Notes under the pieces: model-generated
Told to the model about the DNA's origin: nothing
Database searches by the model: none
What the model saw: only the letters and a program-made list of their open reading frames with translations
Shown: positions 1 through 12,052 of the stretch, one piece after another
Numbering within the stretch: position 1 is the first letter of the stretch
How the letters are laid out: the number at the start of each line of letters is the position of its first letter
Source: Felis catus
Taxonomy: Eukaryota
Reading direction: 5' to 3'
DNA: 64,000 nucleotides
Assembly: GCF_018350175.1 (NCBI RefSeq)
Contig: NC_058368.1
Location: forward strand, 185,940,001 to 186,004,000
Made by a program: the position numbers and the translations under genes

Positions 1-143
1 AGAGGGAGACACAGAATCCAAAGCAGGCTCCAGGCTCTGAGCTGTCAGCACAGAGCCCGACGAGGGGGTTGAACTCATGAACTGTGAAATCATGACCTGA
101 GCTGAAGTTGGACACCCAACCGACTGACCCACCCAGGCATCCC
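1..143 (-). mobile_element. CAN-SINE (partial, at window edge)
   Basis: Reverse complement of the SINEC head and body. Confidence 0.9.
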
Positions 144-209
144 AGGAATTTTTTTTACTTTAATAAATGTTACCAATTCCCCACTGACAAACTAGGGAGG
201 TGAGCAATT

Positions 210-473
210 ATATATTTTAGTTTAGTTTAGTTTTTAGTTTTTATTTAAATTCTAGTTAGTTTACATATAGTGTAATACTAGTTTCAGGTATAAAATTTAG
301 TGATTCTGGGGCACCTGAGTGGCTCAGTTGGTTGGGCTTCCAACTTCTGCCAGGTCATGATCTCACAGCTCGTGGGTTTGAGCCCCGCATCGGGCTCTGT
401 GCTGACAGCTCAGAGCCTGGAGCCTGCTTTGGATTCTGTGTCTCCCTGTCTCTCTGTCCGTCCCTCACTCATG

Positions 474-505
<32 letters not shown>

Positions 506-750
506 AATAAATAAGACATTTATTTAAAAAAAATTAAAATTTAGTGATTCAATGCTTACAACACCTGGTGTTCATCACAAGTACACTTCTTAATCCTCAT
601 CACCTATTTAACCCATCCCCGCCCCCCCCCCACCTCCCCTCTGATAACTATCAGTTTGTTCTTTATAGTTAAGGGTCTGTTTCTTGATCTGCCATTCTCA
701 TTTCTTCTTGTTTGTTTGGTTTCTTAAATTCCACATATGAGTGAGATCAT
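210..750 (-). mobile_element. L1 3' end (carnivore type) fused to U6, interrupted by a SINE
   Basis: Minus strand reads ATGATCTCACTCATATGTGGAATTTAAG, then a G-rich 3'UTR tract, then GAATCACTAAATTTTATACCTGAAACT and an A-rich tail. Confidence 0.88.
308..534 (+). mobile_element. CAN-SINE nested in the L1 tail
   Basis: GGGGCACCTG head, (CT)n and A tail. Perfect 16-bp TSD taaaatttagtgattc at 291-306 and 535-550. Confidence 0.95.
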
Positions 751-857
751 AAAAATATGAAATGCTTCACAAATTTGTGTGTCATCCTTGTGCAAGGGCC
801 ATGCTAATCTTCTCTGTATTGTTCCAATGTTAGCATATGTGCTGCCAAAGTGAGCAC
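751..857 (-). pseudogene. Full-length U6 snRNA retropseudogene (5' part of a U6/L1 chimera)
   Basis: 107 nt colinear with canonical U6 (ACAGAGA box and AGC triad present). 11 mismatches by manual alignment, 7 of them CpG transitions. Ends in TTTTT. Confidence 0.96.
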
Positions 858-1049
858 AGGAGGTCAACAGTTAAATATAAAACACTTTTCAGAGTACTTT
901 AAGATTCTGTATTGTTCAGTCCTTGGGTAATGTCACTGTGCCTAAAAACCAATATACGTTCAAAAGAAATGCATGTCGGCTATGTAACTGCATATATATG
1001 CCAAAAAGGACAATTTTGAAAGGAACATTGTTTCATTACTGTTAGGTAT

Positions 1050-1400
1050 TAACAAAGATTCTCTCCTTGAGCAAACCATAGCCAGCTTCTCTGAGCCCTT
1101 TATCTCAAGTAGGCTCAACTTTTGGACTGTGTATTCATCCTTGCATTGCCCAGTTTCACCAAGAATCCTGTTGAGTCAGTCTAGCACATATCCCTCTAAG
1201 CCTTGAGGTTTCCTTTTAGTAATTTTCCATCCAGTGACCCCTACTGTACTCCTTGACCATAAATCCCCACTTGTCCTTGTATTCAACTTGTGGTTGAGCC
1301 CAACCTCTTCCTCCTACTGCAGAATCCTCCTTGCAGTAGTCTCTCTTGAATAGTCTTTCTTAATGTTGTTAACAAGTGCCTTGAATAATTATATTCTAGT
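1050..1400 (+). mobile_element. Old ERV1-class solo LTR (MER31-like)
   Basis: The start acaaagattctctccttgagcaaac and internal cccagttt..caagaatcctg..gagtcagt resemble the recalled MER31/MER67 consensus. Confidence 0.55.
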
Positions 1401-1521
1401 GGGGCTTTTTTAATAAAAAATATATTCTCCTAGGGAAACCCAATAATCCACCACCTTCTAGTCTCCTTTTCTATTTATATGTTACAAATGTAAATAAATA
1501 TAGATAGAAAATACATAAATA

Positions 1522-1852
1522 CAGCTGAAACTTGAATAACATGAGTTTGTACTGTTTGCATTCACTTATATGCAGATTTTTTTTGATAAATACAGGAAAG
1601 TACTGCAAATATATTTTCTCTTGTGATTTTTTAAATAAAATTTTCTTTTTTGTAGCTTACTTCATACTAAGAATACAATATATAATACATATAACATACA
1701 AAATATGTTAATCAGCTGCTTATGTTATCAGTAAGGCTTCAGTCAACATTAGTAGGCAATTAGTAGTTAAGTTTTGAGGGAGTCAAAAGTTATATGCTGA
1801 TTTTCATCTGCACAGGTCAGTACCCAACCCCTGAATTGTCAAGGGTCAACTA
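1522..1852. mobile_element. Tigger2-like non-autonomous DNA transposon
   Basis: Degenerate TIRs cagctgaaacttgaa ... tcaagggtcaacta. A homologous copy lies at 25818-26115. Confidence 0.75.
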
Positions 1853-1956
1853 TATACGAAAATTAATTAAAGAAAACCAGCATAAGGCATCCTCCATATA
1901 TATGTATATGATTTGAGAAGAGGTAAGGATTTTGTGATTAGATCTTTCCGTTTTAC

Positions 1957-2178
1957 GGGCGCCTGGGTGGCGCAGTCGGTTAAGCGTCCGACTTCAGCCA
2001 GGTCACGATCTCGCGGTCCGTGAGTTCGAGCCCCGCGTCAGGCTCTGGGCTGATGGCTCAGAGCCTGGAGCCTGTTTCCGATTCTGTGTCTCCCTCTCTC
2101 TCTGCCCCTCCCCCGTTCATGCTCTGTCTCTCTCCGTCCCAAAAATAAATAATAAAACGTTAAAAAAAAAAAAAAAAA
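1957..2178 (+). mobile_element. Young felid CAN-SINE (SINEC_Fc-type)
   Basis: CpGs intact, long pure A tail, perfect 17-bp TSD agatctttccgttttac at 1940-1956 and 2179-2195. Confidence 0.97.
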
Positions 2179-3136
2179 AGATCTTTCCGTTTTACACTAA
2201 TAATTAACACCACCTGTTGGATTTCAAATTTAATAAAAAATTTTTGGCAATACAGTGTAAACTCTGTAAGGAAAAAGCCTGTGCCAATAGTTGTTACTTC
2301 CAAAACACAGTGTAGTACTTGACATATGGTAAGTACTCAACACACTTACTCAGTTTAATCCTTACTTTCCAAAGCATCAAGTATTTTGGGAAAAAAATAA
2401 TAAGAGTAAAAGGGGAGAGACAGAATCAATAGAAGCTTAAAGAAGGAAAGGAGCTCAAATTTTGGTACCAAATATAATTGGACTACTCTTCTGTGCAGCA
2501 GGGTTCACATCTGGTCTTCATGAGGACTTGGTTCTTCCTGACTTTCAAGGAAGTCAGGGCCCTGTTCAGTAAGGAAGTCATAGTTTTATACCCTGTCAGA
2601 TGTTGGGTTCAGAGGGTCTATGGGTTGATCCGTTCTCCATATGGTTTTATCTATAATCTCTTTAGGTTAAGTTGTGCTAATAGTCTCTGTTGTCCCTATA
2701 GTCATTTTATTTACAGAAATAGGACTCTGGCTTTGCTATTTTTAGCTTCAACCCATTATAGAATTATACCCTTGGGGACCCCTTAACTCAGAAGCCACAT
2801 CTCTCTTTAAACTGAGTGAGAGCAGATGCGAAATATTGGCTCAGATGGTCCACACTTTGTTAAAGTAGCTCCAGCCTGCTTTGCCCTATAAATCACTGAC
2901 TTGGCACCCTTGCATGGGGCTCACCTGAGGGCCATGGCTATCAGCCTATATTAACTCTCCAAAAGCAGTTTCCTGAAGGCATTTACCTGTTATAAAGCCA
3001 ATTGGAAAGTTGTTCATGTTGAACAGAATACACGGTATAAAATATATCAGTTTTTAGTACTCCAATAAAATTCCTTTTAAAGACTACTTTTTTCATAGAC
3101 TAGGCATCAACTGAAAAGACCTATATTTAACCTTTA

Positions 3137-3355
3137 AATTTTTTAAATGTTTATTTATTTTTGAGAGAGAGAGACAGAGTATGAATGGGGGAAGGGGCAG
3201 AGAGAGAGGGAGACACAGAATCTGAAGCAGGCTCCAGGCTCTGAGCTGTCAGCACAGACCCCAACGCAGGGCTTGAACTCACCAACCATGAGATCATGAC
3301 CTGAGCCAAAGTTGAATGCTTAACCGACTGAGCCACTGAGCCACCCAAGCACCCC
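3137..3355 (-). mobile_element. CAN-SINE
   Basis: Reverse SINEC with TSD cta(t/a)atttaaccttta. Confidence 0.93.
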
Positions 3356-3469
3356 CTAAATTTAACCTTTATAATCAGAGTTATGATGACTGTTGTGCAA
3401 ATAAAGAGGCTTTGTCATGCACCACATGTACTAATTTTTGGAGAGATTTATTGGGTAATTTCTATCAAT

Positions 3470-4375
3470 TTCTCTAGACCTGTTCTCCAGGCTTTCTCAC
3501 CATGAGGTATACCCCACGAGGCTAATCTCTCTAGTCCACACTAGCTGGTTTTCCATGCTCTCTAGTTTCCATTTGGTTTGACCAATGAGATGCTTTAGGT
3601 AGGAGAGGAGAGAATTCTGGGTACTTGTTCTCACCCTCCCTCCTGCCTGGCCACTGTTTGGCAGTAGCTATATCATCTATCTAAAGCCACAGCTCCTGTT
3701 GGTGGCTTCTGTTCTATGGCATTTTCTAGGTTCCAATACTGCTCCTTCCTCTTGCACTTTCAGGACTTAGAGTGGTGTGGTAGGCAGAATAATGGTGTCC
3801 CCAACATGTTGATGTTCTAATCCCTGAAATTTGTGAATATGAGGTCTTACTTATCAAAAAGGACTTTGAAGATGTGATTAAGCTTAGAGTATGGAGATGA
3901 GTGGGTTATCCTGGATTATGTAGGTGGGCCCAGTGTAATCACAATCGCCTTTATACATGGGAAGCAGGAGGTTGGAGCTAGAGTTATGAAGAAGGAATCA
4001 GAAGTTGGACTGATATAATTGCTGGCTTTGAAGATGGAATAGGGCCATCAGCCAAGAAATGCAGGAAGCCTTTAGAACCTGAAAAAAGCAAAGAACCAGT
4101 TCTCTCTTAGCGCCTCCGAAAGGAACTTGGCCCAGAGAACACCTTTAGGTTAGCCAGTGAGACTACAAACTTTGAGGTATGATCATGAATTTGTGCTGTT
4201 CTAGATAACTAAATTTGTGGTAACTTGATGTAATGGCAATAGAAAACTCAGATGATAATGGCTTTCCCATGATACTACATCATCCTTTTATTGGTGGACT
4301 TTTGTGAATAATTTCATTAATTTTTCATTTATCCCCTTTGAGTGTGCCATCTTGATTTCTGCTAAGACGCTGTTA
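3470..4375 (+). mobile_element. Ancient ERVL-type LTR (LTR33/LTR16-like) split by a MaLR LTR
   Basis: The 3' part ctttgagtgtgccatcttgatttctgc resembles ERVL LTR ends. The sequence resumes on both sides of the MaLR. Confidence 0.45.
3776..4250 (+). mobile_element. MaLR solo LTR (MLT1-type)
   Basis: tgtggtaggcagaataatgg start, ggactttg.agatgtgattaag, ggtgggcccagtgtaatcaca and the aatttgtggtaac...gcaatagaaaact end are MLT1 hallmarks. Confidence 0.8.
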
Positions 4376-7300
4376 AATGCCTATATCTCAGTGCCTGAGA
4401 TAAATATAGATATTCATTGTATCATTATGTATAACAATACAATTTTCAGAAATTATGTTAAGAAATAACATAAATTTTCAGAATACGGACTGGCTAAATA
4501 AATTATGGTATTGCTATCTGATATAAAAATAGAACAGCAGAAATTGTTATATATGTACATAAATACATGCATAACTGTGTGAAAAAATCAGGCTACAAAA
4601 CAGATCTATATCTATACCTATCCTTCTGTTTGTATCCATGTTTATACTTCTATTATGTAGTTAACTAGCTAGCTAGCTAGTGTCTCACTATATAAAGGAA
4701 AAATATAAATGATGATTTTAGTGGTTAACTCTTGCTAGTGGATTAGGATAAAATTTTTTTTTTTAGTTTTTCATATTTTTTCAAAACTTCTACAAGGCTT
4801 TCATTAGTGTTCAAAGAGAAAGTTCTAAACCAGTAATGAGCCTTCCTTACATATGGTGGAATGCTTTGTATTACAGAGAAAATCTTTTCTAGTTTCACCC
4901 AGTTAGAATAGTAATTTCCTCTACCTACAACTATTTAGTGCAGCTCCATTTTAGTTACTTATATTCTTATCTGAGTTCTCTATCATATTAAGGGCATTTT
5001 GAAGCAGAGAATGCCTTAAAATTTATTTCTTCCTATACTTACAGTGCCCTATGTGAGGCTCTTGATATGTGTTTACTGAAAGCTTTATATTAAGTTGATT
5101 TTACAGATGCTTCATCCAAACTTCTTTGATGAGGGACTTATTTTCAGACCCATAAAAAATACAAGTGACAGAAAAAAATAAGAGGCAAACTCATAGAGCA
5201 GGGAGATAGAAGATAACCTGGTTTAAGATGCAAATTTTGCTGAATTATTTATATCAGATTCTTGTTACAGAATTGTTCATTTAAAATTTGTTTACTAAGA
5301 GGATTAAATAAATATAAGTACTTAGCTGAGGTAAACATTAGGATAAGGCTACTCAAAAATCCCATCAAATACTGAAAGAAATAAAATAGCCTATCATACT
5401 TTAGTCAGACTGGAAAGTCTCCATGGACTAGGTAGAATCTTTAATTAGCAACTCTTCAGAAAGTGAACAGAGAAAGGCATTCCAGCAATGTGTCACTGTT
5501 TTGGAAAAGACTCAAGGAGGAAATAGGACAAATGAGTCAAGACAACTGTGTGGAAGATATGACAGAGTTTAGGAGGGTCTGAATGTTAGATGATATCAGT
5601 AACATTAGCAGAGGAGTGATAGAATTAACATCAGTCAGAAGAGACCAATTACCTTCATTTACATATGAGACTGAGTCTCCCAAGATAGGAATAGTTAGGA
5701 ACATCCCCAGATGTGACTTGAATATCTATCCCAGGCCCAGTGACATTTTGTTTTTCTTTTAATGGCAAGAGTCCTCAATTATGATTGAGTCCTCATGTTG
5801 ATTTCTTTAAGGATTTTATAAATTAGCTACAAAATAATTTATTGACTTATAAAAATGTACTATATTAAGATGGAACTACACCTTTGTTGATAATGTCACT
5901 TATGTTTATTTAGCAATCCCATTACACATTTCCATGTTTTTAAGGGAAATCTTTTTTACTTTTTAAAAGATAGCTACACTTGTGTCTTTATATGTATCAT
6001 CTATGGTAATTGAAATGATACACTGTTCCACTTGGGAGTAATTATTAGTACTTGTCTCTACTCTTTATATACATGAATTTCCCAAGTATTGCATGTCAGT
6101 AAAGATAGGTATTGTTTATTATCTATGTTTATTATTCCCACAAAGTGGGAATATGTAGTAATTAACTTCATAAATGATAATCCATATTCTTAAGCAAGAT
6201 AGACTAAGAAAGATCTCATGCCCTTTCTTTTCTGTGCTGAGGAAAATTATTAACATGCAGTCCTTTGGTATTAACTCAGTTACTCCTTACAACAAAGTTA
6301 TGAGTTATAAGCCATTATTATCCCCTATTCAGGAATAATAGGTCTTGAGAGGGCCTGGATTTGAACCTAGGTAAACTGAAACAGCCTCTGCTTTTCCATT
6401 TTGCTCTAAAAATAAAAAGGGAAAATGTTTATATCCCAAATATGGCAGAAGAAAGTTACAACTGGATTTATAATTGGCCTATGATTTTTATTGTCAGAAC
6501 TGGTAACAATAAAGCAGTTGTAGCACTTTCTTGATGTAATAGAAATAATGAGCCTATACCAAGGAGCCATAGGAAAATCTTTAGTTGTCTATTGTCTCAA
6601 GTCCTAAGGGACAAAGGCCAACTCTGGGTCTGGAATTTTTCAGGTAACTGGAGATGTCTTCTTTCAAACAGCATTCTGAAAGCAGCAGGTAACACCGAAT
6701 AGTGTTTGATCATTACATTAGAAAGAGAATAAAAGAAATGCAAAATTTATCACATTATCTCTTTTACTACATATTCTAAAATTTCTGTCTCATTGCAATA
6801 AAATATTCAAAGCGAGGTCAAGATCAAAGAAAGGCATCCTCAAGTTTGGCGGATCCTCAAGTATTAACAGAAAGATAAAGTATTATAGAATTTTACTTCC
6901 AAATCCTGAAATGCTCTATGACCCAGTAGAAAGAGCAATGGTCAGATGCCTCTCCCAGGTTTGCCATTAACTGGCTGTGTGACCTTTGGCAATTCAACCA
7001 CCACTAAAAAACATAGCAGAGCTTTTGGTCTAGGTCATCCTCCCTTTCTCCTACACATTTGACAAAAATTCATGGTGACAAAGCATACAGACAGCAATTT
7101 TTGACACAATCCCCAAAGACTGCATCATTTGGTTAATTTAATTTGACCTTCATCACAGACAAAAATTGTTGCTACTAGTCAGAATAATATGAGACTTAAA
7201 AAGGGGGCTGAAGGCCATACAATGAATACGCACTCAGCTAAATATAAAGGCATTGAGTTAGAAAACAAGACCTAAGTGAAATTGTTTTTTAAACATGTCT

Positions 7301-8169
7301 AGAAGGTGAGAAAGATGTCGAAATTGGATGCAGGCAGCCATGAAAAGCCAAGAGAATGACAGGCAGAGGAAGGTTAGGGCAGCTATGCTTGTAAAGGATT
7401 ATGCTACTTTCTTTTGAGAATTTCAGAGGACTTCAATAAAATATGACACTGTCTCTGGAGCATATCTCCCTATGTTTTTAAGTTTGGGGGTACAGGGAAA
7501 CGTTCTTTGGCCTTAAAAGTAATCTGTAAGATTTCTTCAATAAGAGACTCTGAGATTTTTATAGTTTACAGGAATGTTTGCAATACAAATAATCTTTAAA
7601 AATGAAACCTCATGCTGCAGAATCACATTAAGACATATGTGAGTATTGTTGGATATTTTTAAAGACAGCTTATATGATGGAGGTGGGAGGATCATGGTGG
7701 CAGAATATCGGAGGCCCTGGAAGTGAAAGAAGACATTTTGATCATTTGTTGAGTGTCACTACATGAGGTGGCATTATTATACCTTTTAGCTGATAAAATG
7801 GAGGATTATAAAGGATGAATTAATAACTGTCAAACAACAGGCAAATGGTAGAGTCGGGATCCCAATTATGTTTGACACCAGTGTCCGTATTCTTAACCAC
7901 ACCACAAGTTTGGAGGTACAGAAGGCTTGAGCTTTACTTACTTGATGTTATTACTTCCTTCCATTTCCATTTCACACCTCAAATATATCTCTTAATTTCT
8001 TCGAAGTGAGAAGCATCACCATGCATAATATGATCACACTGCTCACAAATAAAGCTCACATAAAAGGAAAGCAGCATTGGGGAATGCTACTGGAGAGAAG
8101 TCACGGTCTTCACGACAAACAAGTCCAACCAGACCACTGACATGCCACCATCAATTAGAATGCAGCATT

Positions 8170-8175
8170 TTTATT
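8170..8175 (-). terminator. Probable distal polyadenylation signal AATAAA
   Basis: Minus strand reads ttccAATAAAaatgctgcattctaa, followed by a GU-rich tract (gtggtctggttggacttgtttgtcgtg). Confidence 0.65.
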
Positions 8176-9277
8176 GGAAAAGTCCACATATTAGGCAATT
8201 CCCTTTGTGAAAAGGTTTTGAAATACACAGATGGGGAGCAGCTAATAATTAAGATTATATATAACATATATTCATACTGCCAGTACTATGCATACATTGG
8301 AAAGCTAGCTTTTTTTTTGCGTGTCCCCATTACAGAATACATTTCAAGTTGACAATAATGTGTTTCTCACCATTGAAAATTTGCCGACAACTCTCCTAAA
8401 GAGTCAACATTAAATTGTTAACAATTCAAAACATGAAAATAATTAATTATATTTACATGTCTTTGAGGTTATATATGAGAGTACTGATATATTAAAGATT
8501 TGTAAAATTGGCAGCTAAATGTGTTTCAAGATTCATCCAGATGACTCAATGAGGACTTCACATAGCTTTATAACAAAGCCACTCTTTCTTTTCTACTCTT
8601 TTTAGATTATCTATCAAGTTATACTGGCTATGATTGAATTCTGACTTTAAGAAATGGTTGCTATAAAGAAGAACTGACAAAGGGTGTTATTTTAGAAAAA
8701 AGGGGATTCAGGATGAGTACTTAAAGGTGGAGCTCAACTCATCATGTTTGAAGTCTGGGACAACCACTTCATGTGATTATCATTTAGTTGAAAGAAGCCA
8801 CAGTCATAGGTTCAACCTCCATGTAAGTCATTCATTTCTTGTTTTATTTTTAGAAGTTAATTTTCAGTGCATTTTTTTTTTTTACAGAGCATAGAAAACA
8901 ACATTCTGAACACTAGTCAGGTATGATTCCTGATCTTGCCTGTCCTATGTCTTCAAGTGGAATTGTGGATGGGTCAAAGCTAACTCATCCCCAAACCTGG
9001 AAAAAAATACACAAACTCTAATTATGCCCTAGTAGACTCATTTTTTTTTTTTTTTTGCATAAACATATGACTTAAGTATTATTTTAAAAGGAGTGTGGAC
9101 TTTGGCTATTATTGTTCATTATCAAAAATTTATTTTAGGCAAAGTTCTTTGGATCCTTTTGTTCATTTTCACAAGATCAAGTATCACTTGACCATGCCTA
9201 TGTTCAAAAGATGAGTCACTGGTTCCAGGCCAGCTCAGAGAGATTCACAGAAGCATATGAAGCCAATTTACTTCAAA

Positions 9278-9380
9278 CCCTATCTGTTGAGCACCAACTA
9301 TGTGCTAGGCACTATATAAGGTGCTGAGGACCCAAAGAGGAAATGACAAGGATTCTGCCCACAAGGCACTCACAATCACT
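9278..9380 (-). mobile_element. L2 3' fragment inside the 3'UTR
   Basis: gttgagcaccaactatgtgctaggcact...aaggcactcacaatc is the typical reverse L2 terminus. Confidence 0.6.
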
Positions 9381-10340
9381 AGAAGCAGATCTTGAGATGG
9401 AGAATAAGTTCTGTTATAATCTGTCAACCTAAAAGGAAGAAAAAATAGCGGCAAGCACATACAATTACTTTATACTCTATGAAATTGGGCATATTTAGAA
9501 GTGGCAAATGTCAATTATTCAGTCTATATTTTACTTAAAGTGTTCTAATCTGTCCTACAAGGAAAAGAAAAAAAAAAAAAGCTGTTTGAATCTTCATGCG
9601 TGAGGGAGAAGGTAGAGAAAATTCCTCCCTCCAATTCCAAACCCAAACCCTTATCGTTACATTCATGATTCTTTTATTGCCCAAAGACACAGAATAAAAG
9701 ACAATGCTTTGTGATGTTAACTTCATTCCATTTATTTTGGTTCTAAAGAGATGCATGCATTAAACTTGAAGCATTCTACGTTATTGAAATATTTACATCA
9801 TTGTACATGTGATGTGGAGGAAAATTTCTTCCTATCTTGGGATAGAGGTGTAATAGATTTCTAGTCTAGGCTCTTATATTTAAAGTGACTTGTCATTTTT
9901 CTCAAATGAGGGAGATATTCTACTGGGATCAAATTTACCACAACCTGCCCCCAAATGAACATAGGGTGCAGTTTTGGACATTTTGCATCTAATTGTATTT
10001 TGAATTGATTAAGGACACCACCACTGTAAACAGTCATGGCTTTCACTATTTCAGTTGTTGTAGCTGAAAGGTATCTTGTTGATTTCAGTGTTCTTGCTCT
10101 AATTTCACTCTGCCTTGCAGGTTTGAAACACAGCAAACATTAGAGTTCAAATTACACTTACCACAGGAGAGTTGGGCGCAAACAATATGACATTAATACA
10201 ATTTAGCAGGTTAGAACATAGAAACAAACTCAAATTATCATAAACCACACAGGGGATTATTTAAGTGGACTTTAGAAAGGACATCTCCTCTCCATGAGAT
10301 TTAGTGAATAAGACCCACATCAATAAAACCCATACCTCTT

Positions 10341-10661
<321 letters not shown>

Positions 10662-10690
10662 CTAGATTAAGTCTCCACAATGTCACCAAT

Positions 10691-10742
10691 GTGAATGATG
10701 AATCTGAAAATGAGTACTCAGGAAATTGCTATGACATCGTGA
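10691..10742 (-). promoter_or_regulatory. YCAY cluster, probable NOVA-dependent intronic splicing enhancer for the microexon
   Basis: Minus strand core ctcattttcagattcatcattcac. Six YCAY in 52 nt, about 75-125 nt upstream of the last-exon acceptor. This position matches the distal UCAU-rich NOVA enhancer described for rodent Gabrg2. Confidence 0.8.
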
Positions 10743-11994
10743 TCTACAATGGTAAAATTGAACTTAGAAGGATAGCACATTTGCAGATTTCAAATTTTGA
10801 GCTTAAGCAGTGCAGCTGAAAATAATACCATCAAGCTAATAGCTATAGCAAGGAGATTGAACACCAAAAGAACTCAAAGTTTAAAGATTTAAATCAAACA
10901 ACTACATGGAATCTTAGTCTAGTAAATATTAGATGTGAGATTGGTTACATGAAGGCATTTAATGGTGTTGCATGTGAGTAGAACAGAGAAATAAAATGCA
11001 TTAATTTTGAACTCAAATTTTGTGTCATGCTTACCTATAGGCAAATGGTAAACCCCATTACACTGAGCAAAGTATAATGTACTAAATGCTATTAAAAGAA
11101 AATGTTAAAATATATACAAATGTAGGAGTTTCCTAAGTATAGGCCACAAATGGTATGGCTTATGTTTTAAAGACATATAGTGCTTTGTCTAACATTTACC
11201 ATCTAGAAGCTTTAGAACAATGTTTAGAGCAATGTTTACCTATATGTGAGTCAACATTCAGAAAAAAAAAATGCTACCACCTTTTTAGCATTTGAGAAGA
11301 AACTAATATCAATAAATTGAATGACAATTTGATTTTTGATGTCATATTAATTATGAAATAACTATAAATCTCAATGATTAATTTAATTTGGAGGAGTTTG
11401 TTTTGGATATTATAAACACAAATCCCAGTGTCTCTGGGAAAATTATCAGAATTCAACTGGGAAAAGAAATAGCATTGCAGTATTACATGATAGAGCCAAA
11501 AGGCCCCTGGATTATTCTAGAGGAAAGGGATGGATATTTTAACTTAAAGCATTTCAAAGCGTATTATTTTTATAAAACTGACAGGTAGGGTTCAGACCAA
11601 TGGAGATTATTAAATTTACTTAACAAAAAACAAATCTTATTTTGAATTCAGATTTACAGAGTTACATTTTAAGAACATATATAGTATATATGTTAGGTGC
11701 TGTCAGTGAAATTGGATCCTATTTTTATCTGGGAAGAGAGGATAAGTTTTGGTTTTGATGTTTAAAGAGGCCCTCTTTTCTAAGGACATCTCATAGAGTT
11801 TGCAGCTTTTGAGCTTTATATAGGGTCAACACTTCTGTGAATTAGTGTAGGGTTGATGACTCAACTCTGGAAATCTATAAAGCTTTCTTCATCTCAAAGC
11901 CCTTATCTTTAGTAGAATGCTTAAAGGTCTACTCACTAAAAAACAAAAGAAGTCGAAACACCATGTAAGCGTTAATAATTAAATTCAGCAGTTG

Positions 11995-12000
11995 CATGCA
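11995..12000 (-). promoter_or_regulatory. RBFOX motif UGCAUG downstream of microexon
   Basis: TGCATG at intron positions +29 to +34 after the microexon donor. A downstream position is typical of RBFOX activation. Confidence 0.7.
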
Positions 12001-12028
12001 GTGAATTTTCATTCCAAAAACATTATAC

Positions 12029-12052
12029 CTTGAAGGAAAACATCCGAAGAAG
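12029..12052 (-). CDS. GABRG2: GABRG2 24-nt alternative microexon (gamma2L insert LLRMFSFK)
   Basis: Minus strand reads cccaaag|CTTCTTCGGATGTTTTCCTTCAAG|gtataa. It encodes the known 8-aa gamma2L insert with its PKC-site serine. Phase 0-0. Too short to appear in the ORF track. Confidence 0.97.

Larger units (their letters stand above)
8150..10340 (-). other. GABRG2: GABRG2 3'UTR (distal end approximate)
   Basis: AT-rich sequence, largely free of young repeats, between the stop codon and the best poly(A) signal. Confidence 0.7.

Noticed and set aside
751..857. Functional U6 snRNA gene
   Set aside because: Fused to an L1 tail, all CpGs decayed, and no recognisable upstream promoter.
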